Origin: a virus
Lineage: Duplodnaviria > Caudoviricetes
Length of the DNA: 57,926 nucleotides
Reading direction: 5' to 3' (one strand)
Virus record (IMG/VR): IMGVR_UViG_3300028586_000735
Coordinates: 1 to 57,926 of that record
The translations under genes and the position numbers were made by a program. Below, in pieces: positions 1-9,175 of the stretch (position 1 is the stretch's first letter; every line of letters begins with the position of its first letter). Below the pieces are notes generated by a model. That model searched no databases. It was not told where the DNA came from and saw only the letters and a program-made list of their open reading frames with translations.

Positions 1-1035
1 TTACCGGGTCGGGGTGACCTTTTTCCCGATCCGCTTGCGGATGTAGTTCTCCGTCATGACTACCGTTGTGTGCCCGAGCTGATCGCGTGCTTGAAGAATG
101 TCGCCACTCGACTCGGCTTTATCGGTACCGGCTTTTGCTCGCAAGTCGCGCATTTGAAAGTCTCCTTTCTCGACACCGGCAGCCTCGCGTGCCGCATCAA
201 ATCTCCCTCGCAGCATACTGCTCGTCATAGGCTGGCCGTTATCCATCACGATCAGCCTCGAAGTCCGGATTCTGTGTCCTTCCTTCCTCGCCAAGATGCG
301 ATCAATGACCACCTTTAGCTCGCCCGTGATCTCGATTCTCCTTTTCGCTTTGGTCTTGCCCTGCTGAACCGAGAGCCTACCGTCGCGAATGTCGCGCTCG
401 TCCATTTTTAGAGTGTCGGCAATGCGCTGTCCGGTGAGGTAGAAAAGATCTAGTGCATCCCGCAATGGCTGCTCTGCGTGGCTGTATACCCGTGCGAACA
501 TTTCATCTTCGATGTAATGGTCCCGCCCAACTTCTTTGTGGCCTTTGACGCCTGCGCACGGATTGGCTAGTGCCGTGTAGCCGGCACTCCTTGCAAAGTT
601 CCAGATGGCGCTCAGCAGCGCCTTTTCGCGATTTGCTCGAACGGGAGCCGTCTTGCCTCGCTGGCGAAGATACAAAACAACATGTTGTGGCTCGATGGCC
701 TCAAGAGGTGCAGGCGGGTCGTCGAAGAATTTAAGGAGCTGCTTCAGCTCCCTGGCGTTGTCTTTCTGTGTCGCCGAGCTCTTCGTAGGGACGACTTCGA
801 GCATGTATTTATCCGCGACGTAAGCGAAGGTCAGCACCTGTTGCACGAGAGCTGAAGACGTGCGGCTTTTCTCCAGCTTGGCGTACTCGACGATCGCCAT
901 CCCATAGTCAGATCCGAGCGGTATTTCCTTTCTTGGCGAACCCCCGATGTCATAGTAGTAATAGACGATACCGCTGCGTTGCTTACGTTTTCTGAGGCGC
1001 GTGACGCTTTCCGGATTTGTTGATTTTCTGCCCAT
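1..1035 (-). CDS. int: Tyrosine recombinase phage integrase
   Basis: Catalytic motifs TGQRIAD, RDLRAKA and LGHT...TENY; N-terminal arm-binding-like YYYYD segment. Confidence 0.95.
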   Translation of the reverse strand: MGRKSTNPESVTRLRKRKQRSGIVYYYYDIGGSPRKEIPLGSDYGMAIVEYAKLEKSRTSSALVQQVLTFAYVADKYMLEVVPTKSSATQKDNARELKQLLKFFDDPPAPLEAIEPQHVVLYLRQRGKTAPVRANREKALLSAIWNFARSAGYTALANPCAGVKGHKEVGRDHYIEDEMFARVYSHAEQPLRDALDLFYLTGQRIADTLKMDERDIRDGRLSVQQGKTKAKRRIEITGELKVVIDRILARKEGHRIRTSRLIVMDNGQPMTSSMLRGRFDAAREAAGVEKGDFQMRDLRAKAGTDKAESSGDILQARDQLGHTTVVMTENYIRKRIGKKVTPTR

Positions 1036-1248
1036 TTATCCAACCAACCGTGGCTGCCATTTCGGTTTATCTGTCGGTGTGGCTGTTGCTTCGCCGGTCA
1101 GAGCTGAGGCGATTACGCAAGGCCAACCACTGCGCTTGACCGTGTGGCGGATTCCGTTGCGCTTTAAAACCAATATTTGCCCAGCTTTTGTTCTGGCACC
1201 GGTTAGAGTGCAAACCTCTTCATGTGAGAGGAAAAGAATTCCGTCCAT
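1036..1248 (-). CDS. Excisionase-like protein (DUF4224-type)
   Basis: 70 aa, FLSHEEVCTLTG...GWPCV, directly upstream of and abutting int. Confidence 0.75.
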   Translation of the reverse strand: MDGILFLSHEEVCTLTGARTKAGQILVLKRNGIRHTVKRSGWPCVIASALTGEATATPTDKPKWQPRLVG

Positions 1249-1329
1249 ATTCGACTCCCGCAGTCCGCGTAGGGCTGCTGTTTATTAGATGGTGCGATGC
1301 ATGCGGGCCGCGCTATGCGGCGGATATTG

Positions 1330-1560
1330 CTAGAGGTTTACAACCTGGCTGTTTGGGTCAAACGGTTTCCCCTCTGGGTCCGGTACCAGCTCCGGGACGT
1401 GCTGGCGGATGAACTCGTCGAAGCAGGCCGGGCAGTAGGTTCGATATCGCGTGAGCAACTGTCCGTGGCCTTTGTAATCGCACTTGGGGCACTTGATCGC
1501 GCTGGGGAGCACGCAAGCCATCGTGATTCCGGAACCGCTTTTTTCTGCTGTCATGGGCAT
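1330..1560 (-). CDS. Small zinc-finger phage protein
   Basis: CPKC...CPAC pairs; co-oriented with the early-left operon. Confidence 0.6.
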   Translation of the reverse strand: MPMTAEKSGSGITMACVLPSAIKCPKCDYKGHGQLLTRYRTYCPACFDEFIRQHVPELVPDPEGKPFDPNSQVVNL

Positions 1561-1603
1561 AGCTCCGCCCGCCGATCACCGGCAGGCTCAATAGGGAAGG
1601 GGG

Positions 1604-1834
1604 TTACGCCAGTAGATCTGGCGGAGGGCGCTTGGCCCGGCGAAGCGGGAGGTTGTGTTTCGGGAAGAAATTGCGACGGGCATCAAGCCACGCTTTGTAC
1701 GGGTGGCCGCTTCTGGAGCTGAACGGGTAGGACTCGTCCACGGCCTTACTGATCGAAGCGTCGTCCATTCCCTCGGCTTTGCACCGGAGGTATGTCACGT
1801 GCATGCGCTGCCAGCACTCCGCATACCATTTCAC
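1604..1834 (-). CDS. Hypothetical phage protein
   Basis: GTG start overlaps the upstream stop (GTGA at 1831-1834); YPF...HPYKAWL motif. Confidence 0.6.
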   Translation of the reverse strand: MKWYAECWQRMHVTYLRCKAEGMDDASISKAVDESYPFSSRSGHPYKAWLDARRNFFPKHNLPLRRAKRPPPDLLA

Positions 1835-2478
1835 GGCGTAACCCGCTTGAACTCGACGACCCAAACCCACGGGTTAGCGGTCCAGCTATCAGCGCCGTTG
1901 ATGAGCGACCAGAGCAGCTCGAACGACTTGCGCGGCTCGGCGCTGTAGGTCTCGATCCCATCGACGTGATACCAGTTTCCGAGTTCAGCATGATCGGTGT
2001 ACAACCGGACGCCCTCCGCCAGTGCTTGTACGTCGCTAATGGCATTCAGGCGCTCGACCCGTACTTCGGTGATCTTCAGCAGGATGCGGCAGGCCCAGCG
2101 CGGCATGTGGATGCTTGGCTTCCAGGTTGGCTGCTCCTGCTCGTACGGGGCCAGCCCGTCGGCGGCATAGACCAACGTCCCGGCGTTGAGCGCTTCACCT
2201 ATGTCCAGGTCATCCGGCTTGAGGTAGGGGCCGCGCATTACTTCGAGGTGATCGCAGTACCACGTCTCTCGCACCCAAAGCTGGTCGCCTACCTTGCCGT
2301 AGGGGCACAAGTCGGCATTCCCGGGCAGAGCGAGAAATGCAGGTTCGAAGCCAGCGGCCAAGCAATCTAGCGCGGCTTTCTTCTTCACTTCACGTCGGGT
2401 GACTGTCTTCTGCCCGGACAGGATGGCGCGCACCATCGGCGCGCTGAACAGGATCGGTCTTTCTTTTATCTCAGGCAT
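1831..2478 (-). CDS. Conserved phage protein, ASCH/PUA-like
   Basis: KERPILFSAPMVRAILSGQKTVTRR, CPYG..GD.LWVRE, WKPSIHMPRWA and NPWVWVVEF signatures. Confidence 0.8.
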   Translation of the reverse strand: MPEIKERPILFSAPMVRAILSGQKTVTRREVKKKAALDCLAAGFEPAFLALPGNADLCPYGKVGDQLWVRETWYCDHLEVMRGPYLKPDDLDIGEALNAGTLVYAADGLAPYEQEQPTWKPSIHMPRWACRILLKITEVRVERLNAISDVQALAEGVRLYTDHAELGNWYHVDGIETYSAEPRKSFELLWSLINGADSWTANPWVWVVEFKRVTP

Positions 2479-2666
2479 GACTTCGTCCGTGCCGCGCACG
2501 CGCAGCGTTCAAAGGGGAGCAGGGGAGGTTCCAGCCGCAATAGTAAATTCCGACCAACTGTCCGCCGCTTGGCGGTTCGTTGGCGCTCGGTGCGCTGGCG
2601 CTGTGCTACAAATATTCGTGTAATAGCTCTAGAACGGAGCTGTTGTACCGACGAGGCAAGTGGACA

Positions 2667-2882
2667 ATGGAAGTCACAAGCACTTATGAGGTCTATGGGC
2701 AGAATCGCCTACGCCTCGGAGAGATGGACGAGCATGGTGTAATCAGGAGGTCGGGCAGGGTGGTACTCCGCGTGGAGCGCGGCTCGATCTTTTCCGTGCA
2801 CGGTAGTTACATGGGTAAATGCAAGAACGGTGTCGGTAAGTCAGACCATGGTCAGCTGATCTTCACGCTGAAGCCGGTTTGA
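2667..2882 (+). CDS. Hypothetical beta-rich protein, counter-oriented
   Basis: ATG after a purine-rich region; repeated G-x-I/V beta motifs; fills an intergenic gap. Confidence 0.5.
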   Translation: MEVTSTYEVYGQNRLRLGEMDEHGVIRRSGRVVLRVERGSIFSVHGSYMGKCKNGVGKSDHGQLIFTLKPV

Positions 2883-2906
2883 TCTGACCCTTCGCCCAGG
2901 CCAGCC

Positions 2907-3227
2907 TTACGAGCCTGGGCGACCAAGCCTCTGAATAGCCGATTCATACTCTTCTTTGACGTTACTGCGCCAATTCGCAGGATCCTTCATGTAATGCACA
3001 AGCATCCAGTGAAGTGTTGCCGCCTGCTCATCTGCCGCGCTTTCGGCAATCTGATAGCCAAGCATGCGAAGCACTGTTGCCTGGCTTGCGCATGTGTAGC
3101 TCTGCCTGCCGAGGATGTAGCGCAGGTCCTCGGTAAGCGGTAGGTCTATCGAAGGTTCGGTTTTGAAGCTCGAATTCTGGTTGTTCACAGCCACCTCGGG
3201 TAGAGCTATGTAATTCGTATCATCCAT
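2907..3227 (-). CDS. Hypothetical phage protein
   Basis: 106-aa ORF, LRYILGR...EQAATLHWM...W. Confidence 0.6.
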   Translation of the reverse strand: MDDTNYIALPEVAVNNQNSSFKTEPSIDLPLTEDLRYILGRQSYTCASQATVLRMLGYQIAESAADEQAATLHWMLVHYMKDPANWRSNVKEEYESAIQRLGRPGS

Positions 3228-3343
3228 CTGAGCCGTCGAGACTGTCCTTGTGACGTCATACGGTTTAGTTCAAGTTTGGACAGAAGGGTACATGATCGTT
3301 CAAAAAAACCGGTCTGAATCTGACTGAGTGGTCTGAGCTGGGT

Positions 3344-4129
3344 TTAAAGGCTGTGCGCGGCAAGCGCTGGCGCGTGTTCCGCACCGCTGGCGAGCCCTGC
3401 ATGAACGTCAACCTTCCGGCCGGCAAGCATTCCGGCGATTTGAGCATTCAGATCGAGCTCGCTTTCACGTGCCTTCCTGGCTTTCCCGACTCGCTTGTCT
3501 GCCAGATATGCCTTGATCAGTGCCTGGTGCTGGGCTTCGACCGCGACCAAACCTTGCCCGACGCTATGCTGCGGGAGGGCGTCGGCTTCCTCTCCGCTTG
3601 GGATCAGCTCCTGCAACTTGCTGCGCACCTGACCTACCCATGCAATCGCAAAATGGTCTCCGGCGGTGGGCGCGGAATAGCAACTGCGGTAGCGCCCAGA
3701 TCGCACTCCCGCGACATATTCGTTGCGCGCATGGGTGAGCTTGGCCAGCAACGTTTCGTATGCGTAAAGCGCGATATGCTGCGTCGGACTCACGCCTACG
3801 AACTTTGCACGCTCCACCCGCCGATTCTTGATGCTGCACCAGTGCTGATAGCGCAACGCTGTGCAGTTGAAAACGCTGGCCACCACTGCGCTCAGGTGCT
3901 GATCCCACAGCGGACGGCGCTCAGCGCGCGACATGGACGATTCCACCTCGCCGACATCGCTCAGCTTCACGTCTGTCTCGGTGAGCTGGTACTCGCGCAT
4001 CAGCGCCTGCGCCTGGCGCATCGCCGTGGCGGCTTCGTTTTCATTAGAGCTTTGCGACAAGGCCAGGCAATGCTTGATCTTGCGGATGGCCCGCTCGAGC
4101 TTTTTCGGATCGATCTGATTTTCGGACAT
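3344..4129 (-). CDS. DUF2786-domain protein
   Basis: KIKHCLALSQSSNENEAATAMRQAQALMREY is the typical DUF2786 N-terminus. Confidence 0.85.
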   Translation of the reverse strand: MSENQIDPKKLERAIRKIKHCLALSQSSNENEAATAMRQAQALMREYQLTETDVKLSDVGEVESSMSRAERRPLWDQHLSAVVASVFNCTALRYQHWCSIKNRRVERAKFVGVSPTQHIALYAYETLLAKLTHARNEYVAGVRSGRYRSCYSAPTAGDHFAIAWVGQVRSKLQELIPSGEEADALPQHSVGQGLVAVEAQHQALIKAYLADKRVGKARKARESELDLNAQIAGMLAGRKVDVHAGLASGAEHAPALAAHSL

Positions 4130-4136
4130 GGTTCAT

Positions 4137-4154
4137 CCTCGCCGGGGTGGCGTG
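4137..4154. repeat. 18-bp direct repeat copy 1 (CCTCGCCGGGGTGGCGTG)
   Basis: Identical to 5650-5667. Confidence 0.85.
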
Positions 4155-4208
4155 AGTCGTTGAAGTGGGGTATTTGTATTTCGAATTTCAGGCTGGAGTA
4201 GGCGCTAA

Positions 4209-4508
4209 ATGAACGGCATCCATGAGAAGCACTACATGTTGCAGAATGCTATCGAAGCCCTGGTCACTCATACCGGAGATGACCGCCAGCGTGCCATTAG
4301 TGCTGTGAACGAAATAACGTCTCTAAAAGCTGTTGATTTTCCTGAGCACCTTGAGAGCTCTTATTTCGCTCAGCTATCTGGGTTCACAAAAGATCTGCGG
4401 GCCGGCCGGATATCAGATGAGAGCCTCAGACGATTGAAAGGTAATATGTGGGCGCTCTATAAATCTGTATCGGTGTCCCGAGACAGCCTGTTCCGGAAAA
4501 TGGGATAA
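4209..4508 (+). CDS. Hypothetical protein, counter-oriented moron
   Basis: GGAG RBS then ATG; 99 aa; exactly fills the gap between two minus-strand genes. Confidence 0.65.
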   Translation: MNGIHEKHYMLQNAIEALVTHTGDDRQRAISAVNEITSLKAVDFPEHLESSYFAQLSGFTKDLRAGRISDESLRRLKGNMWALYKSVSVSRDSLFRKMG

Positions 4509-4510
4509 GG

Positions 4511-5630
4511 TCACGCTGCTGGTGTTGCATCGTGAAAAACATCCATCTGCGCCGCGCCGTCCAGCCAGGCAGCATCAATGCGAGCTCGGGCGATGGCCGC
4601 GTAGTCTGGGTTTAGTTCGCAGATGATCGACTTGCGACCTTCCTGCATCGAGACCAGCGACGTCGTACCGGCACCGCCGAATGGGTCCAGCACCACGCCG
4701 CCGCGCGGTGCACCGGCCAAGATGCAGGGCCTGATCAGGTCGGGCGGGAAGGTGGCGAAGTGGGCGCCCTTGAAGCTGTGTGTGGCCACAGTCCAAACGC
4801 TGCGCTTGTTCCGCTCGGTTGGCATGATCGCCAAGGCTGAGTTCATTGACTCGTTGTCTTTGACCCTACCGCGCTGGCGCGTCGTCGGCGTCTGTGCCGT
4901 GACCCCAGCCCACACCGTTTGACTTCCGCGTAGTCGCCTTCATGTTGCCGTTGCTCTTGGCTCCGCCGTTGGCGCGCTCGCTGCCGATCTGCGCTTGAAC
5001 GTCCTGAGACAGACGGGCATGGGTGTTCGGGGAGCAAGGTTCGAGAATGGCCGTCTGGTCGAAGTAGTATTTCTTCGATTTGCTCAGCAGGAAGATATAT
5101 TCATGCGACTTGGTGCACCGGTCCCGCACGCTCTCAGGCATCGGGTTCGGTTTGTTCCAGATGATGTCCTGCCGCAGATACCAGCCGTCGTCCTGCAGGG
5201 CGAATGCCAAGCGCCAGGGCATGCCCATTAAATCCTTGGGCTTCATGCCCATCTCGCGGCCGCGTACACCGGTACCGGATTTGAAGCTGGGGTGCTCATT
5301 GATCTGCCGGGCAGACGTAACGCTACGCCCGGACATCTGGCCATCGCCTTGGGGCCTGCCTTGGGAACCCCAGCTGCCGGCGTAGCTGTCTCCCATGTTC
5401 ACCCAGATCGTGCCGTCAGCGCGTAGCACCCGGCGCACTTCGCGGAACACGTCGACCAACCGAGCGATGAACTCGGCAGGGGTTTCCTCCAGGCCGATCT
5501 GGCCTTCTACGCCATAGTCACGCAGACCGTAGTAGGGCGGACTGGTCACGCACGTATGCACGCTTTCATCTGGCAGTGTGCGCATCATGTCGATGCAGTC
5601 GCCTACCAGTATCTGGTGGAGCTGGCTCAT
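4511..5630 (-). pseudogene. Site-specific DNA methyltransferase (N4-C/N6-A, beta class) with a single frameshift near 4880
   Basis: TSPPY motif IV in the upstream frame; HFATFP and VLDPFGGAGTT (SAM motif I) in another frame; removing one base joins DADE-RQRGRVKD. Confidence 0.85.
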
Positions 5631-5649
5631 ATCGAATTCCAGGTAGGTG

Positions 5650-5667
5650 CCTCGCCGGGGTGGCGTG
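5650..5667. repeat. 18-bp direct repeat copy 2
   Basis: Identical to 4137-4154. Confidence 0.85.
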
Positions 5668-5744
5668 CTTGGAAAAATGTGAATTGACAAATCAAGCCGA
5701 CATGAGATGTTGGTTCTTCAATCAATCGGCGTGAGGTCTTGGCA

Positions 5745-6032
5745 ATGGGGCAGGCGAAGCGGGAAATGGAACGGGAAGAGGAAAAGCACGGAATCGCACT
5801 ATCAATCCTACTTAAAACTAAGGCTTTGAAAGAGTGCCGAGCCCATCCCGGAACGTATCTAGATCAAGAAACAGGGCTCAACGAGGCCTTCAAACACGTG
5901 GCGTTTCACTATAAGCGCGGCGAGTATCAGATATTTGATGATCAGAAGGATGCAACCGATTCGATCACCAGCGCTTTTGAGAGTTTTGCCGCTGACGAGT
6001 GCTACAGCTGCGAAAAGCATCGCAATGATTGA
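5745..6032 (+). CDS. Hypothetical protein, counter-oriented moron
   Basis: GAGG RBS; TTGACA about 60 nt upstream; C..H and C..C residues. Confidence 0.65.
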   Translation: MGQAKREMEREEEKHGIALSILLKTKALKECRAHPGTYLDQETGLNEAFKHVAFHYKRGEYQIFDDQKDATDSITSAFESFAADECYSCEKHRND

Positions 6033-6110
6033 TTCCGTGGCCTTTTCGGCAGCCGCCCGCCTGCCGAGGCGTTCAGCGCAATAGGTGAGGGTGGGGTTAG
6101 GCGTAGAGAG

Positions 6111-6491
6111 CTACTCTCTTTGGCGCTCTATATCGATCTGCTCGTACAGTGCGTCGACTCGTTTCAGCTTTCGGTTGATGGCTTGCGATCGCTTGATATG
6201 GGCATGCAGGGCTGCGTCGTACGGCTCGATTAATTCAAGGATGCGAAGCTTTTCAGCCGAGTCAATCGACTCGTTGAATCTGACGGCCAAACGGTCTCGC
6301 TCTTTCAAATCGACGCCGGGGCCTTTCAGATTTTCAAGGCGCATTTCCTCGAGCGCTTCAGCTGACTGCCTTTCCCAGCGGGCATACAGAATTTCGCTGC
6401 GCTTCGGAAGCCTGGAAAAAAACTGAGTGCGCACCCAGGCCAGTAATTCTTCCTTGCTAAGCTCGTCGAGAATGTCTTTTCTTTTGCCCAT
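6111..6491 (-). CDS. Hypothetical helical protein
   Basis: GGAG RBS, 126-aa ORF. Confidence 0.6.
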   Translation of the reverse strand: MGKRKDILDELSKEELLAWVRTQFFSRLPKRSEILYARWERQSAEALEEMRLENLKGPGVDLKERDRLAVRFNESIDSAEKLRILELIEPYDAALHAHIKRSQAINRKLKRVDALYEQIDIERQRE

Positions 6492-6596
6492 GACGTTTCT
6501 CCATGCGTGCGCCGCCCTCCGATACCGGATGGTGGCAAATTGGTTTGGGATGGGGTATTACGGGTGACCGGCATGGAGCCGGATCAAGGAGCTGTA

Positions 6597-7097
6597 ATGA
6601 AAATCCGAACGGAACATCAAAATCTTGGTGCTGCACTCATGCAGATAGCTGAGCACGACAGCTTTACAGCGATAAATCCGTTGAGGATCGGGAACGCTAA
6701 AATTAACAACGCTTTCTTAATCAATACCGATACCTGCTTGTTCCTCAAGTATGGGCAAGAGCCTAAGCGAAGCACCAATGAGTACCAATTCACATTTAGA
6801 GCTGACCACGTGGCATCTATACGCAGTGCCGGTGAGGTAAATCCAAAGGTTTTCATCGGTATGATGTGCATCGAAGATCAGGAAATCTGCTGTATTGACC
6901 TTCAGCAGTTCAATGAGCTTATAGCTGCCCGCACACTGTCTCACGGCTCAACCGAGGACAGTTATCAGTTGCTAATCACTATGCCAGAGGGTAGGAGTTT
7001 GCGGGTCTACACAAACGCATCCGGAAGAAGAGGGGTTGTTGCTGGTCAGGAAATGATCGTATCGCGCAGTCGCTTCCCTGTTTGTTTATTCGAGTAA
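6597..7097 (+). CDS. Hypothetical protein, counter-oriented moron
   Basis: AAGGAG RBS, 166 aa, visibly more AT-rich than its flanks. Confidence 0.7.
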   Translation: MKIRTEHQNLGAALMQIAEHDSFTAINPLRIGNAKINNAFLINTDTCLFLKYGQEPKRSTNEYQFTFRADHVASIRSAGEVNPKVFIGMMCIEDQEICCIDLQQFNELIAARTLSHGSTEDSYQLLITMPEGRSLRVYTNASGRRGVVAGQEMIVSRSRFPVCLFE

Positions 7098-7418
7098 CGG
7101 TGCACTAACCTCATCCCCCGGGTCTTTCTGAATAATCAGCATGCTCTTGCGGTGAAACTCCAGCGCCACGATTTTCGACACTATGATTTCGTGGCGCGGA
7201 GCTTCAAGCATCGGCAGCGCGCCGCCCGGCCCGAGCGCATGAAGGCGGTGAATCATCAGGGTCAGCGCCTCGCCCTGTTCCTCGATGTCAGCCCACTCCA
7301 TAAGCTCAATCAGCGCCTGCTTCGTGCCGGGGCGCACCCTGAGCCGCAATTCTTCTTCCCCGGCCTTCTGCCGTTTGAGCGCTGTACGCTCGTCCCGCTG
7401 TTTCTGGGTCAGTGCCAT
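7086..7418 (-). CDS. Conserved phage hypothetical protein
   Basis: TGATG coupling to the upstream gene; EEELRLRVRPGTKQAL.ELMEW. Confidence 0.7.
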   Translation of the reverse strand: MALTQKQRDERTALKRQKAGEEELRLRVRPGTKQALIELMEWADIEEQGEALTLMIHRLHALGPGGALPMLEAPRHEIIVSKIVALEFHRKSMLIIQKDPGDEVSAPLLE

Positions 7419-7840
7419 CACGCAGCCCTCAAGGCTTCTTCAAACGTTGCCGCGTCGTACTCCTGAATCGCGGTGCGCACTATCTGATGTGGGGCCTTGG
7501 ACACTGCGCACATTGCGACAATCTTTCGCATGCCGGCATGCTTGGCTCTGCTCCCCACGTCGACCAGCACTTCCTTCAGCTTGGCGGGAGAGGGGTGTAT
7601 TTCGGCGGCCAAGGCCATGATCACCAGCACGTCCAAGCCGTCCAGCGGACGCTTCTCGGTGCGCCACCAGACGTTAGGCTTGCCGACGGCGCCGCGCTGA
7701 CGCGACACCTTTCCCTGCGTTTCAAGCTCGACCAGATCCTGCCGGACCGTCTGGATGCTCAGCCCGGCTGCATCGGCCAGCATTTGTGCAGTCATTCCCC
7801 CTGCATTGGTGAGGTATCGCCAGATTGGTGTCATGTTCAT
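7418..7840 (-). CDS. Winged-helix HTH protein
   Basis: TAQMLADAAGLSIQTVRQDLVELETQGKV is a DeoR-like HTH. Confidence 0.7.
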   Translation of the reverse strand: MNMTPIWRYLTNAGGMTAQMLADAAGLSIQTVRQDLVELETQGKVSRQRGAVGKPNVWWRTEKRPLDGLDVLVIMALAAEIHPSPAKLKEVLVDVGSRAKHAGMRKIVAMCAVSKAPHQIVRTAIQEYDAATFEEALRAA

Positions 7841-7906
7841 AACCGCTCGGAGGGAGGTGGAATTGTTCGGCCCGGCGTCGAGTGCGGACCCTTGTACTGA
7901 TGCGCT

Positions 7907-8368
7907 TCATGCAGCGCTTGCCCGTTGCCAAACACCCATCGCCGTGAATACCGCGTTGGCCTGGGCTTCGGTAAGGGTCATCTGATCGGGTATGGCGATC
8001 CAGCCCGAGCCAATTACGTGCTTCTGATTGGCCGAGACGCAGAGTTCGGCGTGCTTCTCGATCATCAACTGCTCCAGGCTTGCCACCAGGTGCATGCCGG
8101 CCGTGGTGAACTCCGTCGCCTTGCTGTACTGGGCGCCGCTGGGCTCTTGGCAGAACACGGCGATGTACACGGTCCAGCGGTGCGGAATGTCACACAGCGC
8201 ATTCGCGACCGGCCTGCTGCGTATCTGCCGACAGTGCAGCCAGTCGATCATGATCTGGCGGTCAGGCGGGGATACATTGGCAACGGCGGCGTGATTGGTC
8301 TTGAGCAGTGCACGGCATGAGCGCTGAAGCCGGAGCTGCATGTTGTTGCGCTTTCGGACCTGGCTCAT
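7907..8368 (-). CDS. Hypothetical phage protein
   Basis: 153-aa ORF with start/stop overlap to its neighbour. Confidence 0.7.
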   Translation of the reverse strand: MSQVRKRNNMQLRLQRSCRALLKTNHAAVANVSPPDRQIMIDWLHCRQIRSRPVANALCDIPHRWTVYIAVFCQEPSGAQYSKATEFTTAGMHLVASLEQLMIEKHAELCVSANQKHVIGSGWIAIPDQMTLTEAQANAVFTAMGVWQRASAA

Positions 8369-8604
8369 AGCGATTCCGCCATCATGCGCAGTGCATTACG
8401 GTCCCGCCTGCTTATCACCGGCTCTTTCCGCTTCAGGACCGTGTCAGGTTCGATCCAGTCCCGGCGTTTGGGTGGCGGTTCAAGCTTGAACACGCCAACC
8501 TGCTCGATCTTTCCGTTTCCGAGCTCGAAGTCGGCAGTGGCCGCAGCGATGCGCGCCGATTCAATGCTGTTGCGCTGGATGGCGCTCAGTTCGGTAGTGA
8601 CCAT
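8365..8604 (-). CDS. Hypothetical phage protein
   Basis: GAGG RBS; PPPKRRDWIEPDTVLKR. Confidence 0.65.
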   Translation of the reverse strand: MVTTELSAIQRNSIESARIAAATADFELGNGKIEQVGVFKLEPPPKRRDWIEPDTVLKRKEPVISRRDRNALRMMAESL

Positions 8605-8611
8605 GATTACC

Positions 8612-9175
8612 TCACTTGATACGGATTGAGCTTTCGCCGCGCTCAAGATGAGCCCAGGCAGGTTCGGGGAGTAGTTCGGCCTCGGCGTCTTCTCCTGCAT
8701 CCATGCGCTTGCGGACGGCGGCGTTGTGCTCGCGCAGCTCCTTGAGCTGGGCGGCGATGGCCTTTTTGTCCGGCTCGATTGAGGTCGATACCGACATGAA
8801 GTCATCCGGTATTTCGTCCTTGTTGTTGATGATCACTTTCTCCGGCGCCATGGCCAGGGTGATGGTGAACAGTGGTCGCTTGATCGACTTCAGGTTGGCC
8901 GCCTCCATGTTCCGGCGCAGGTAGTCACTGATTTGTCCGACGCTGTTCTTCTTGATGCGCTTCAACTCGTTCAGACGCTCGACCTCTTTGTCGATTGCGC
9001 TGATGTCGCCTTCGATATTCCGGCGCAGCATCACAATGTTCTCGGCCTTTACCTCGAACTCACCCTGGATGGCGTCCATCGTGTCTTGCAGGGCCAGCTT
9101 CAGGCCCTCGTCGTCGCAGTCAGCCATGGCCTCAAGCTCTGCCATCTGGCCGGTCAGTTTGTAAAGTTGGGTCAT
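8612..9175 (-). CDS. Siphovirus Gp157 family protein
   Basis: Coiled-coil N-terminus, PDKKAI..., C-terminal AHLERGESSIRIK; next to the recombinase. Confidence 0.85.
   Translation of the reverse strand: MTQLYKLTGQMAELEAMADCDDEGLKLALQDTMDAIQGEFEVKAENIVMLRRNIEGDISAIDKEVERLNELKRIKKNSVGQISDYLRRNMEAANLKSIKRPLFTITLAMAPEKVIINNKDEIPDDFMSVSTSIEPDKKAIAAQLKELREHNAAVRKRMDAGEDAEAELLPEPAWAHLERGESSIRIK

Noticed and set aside
3353-4201. 282-aa plus-strand ORF
   Set aside because: Antisense shadow of the DUF2786 gene; no motifs.
4511-5630. Programmed or phase-variable frameshift in the MTase
   Set aside because: No slippery heptamer or homopolymer at the junction.
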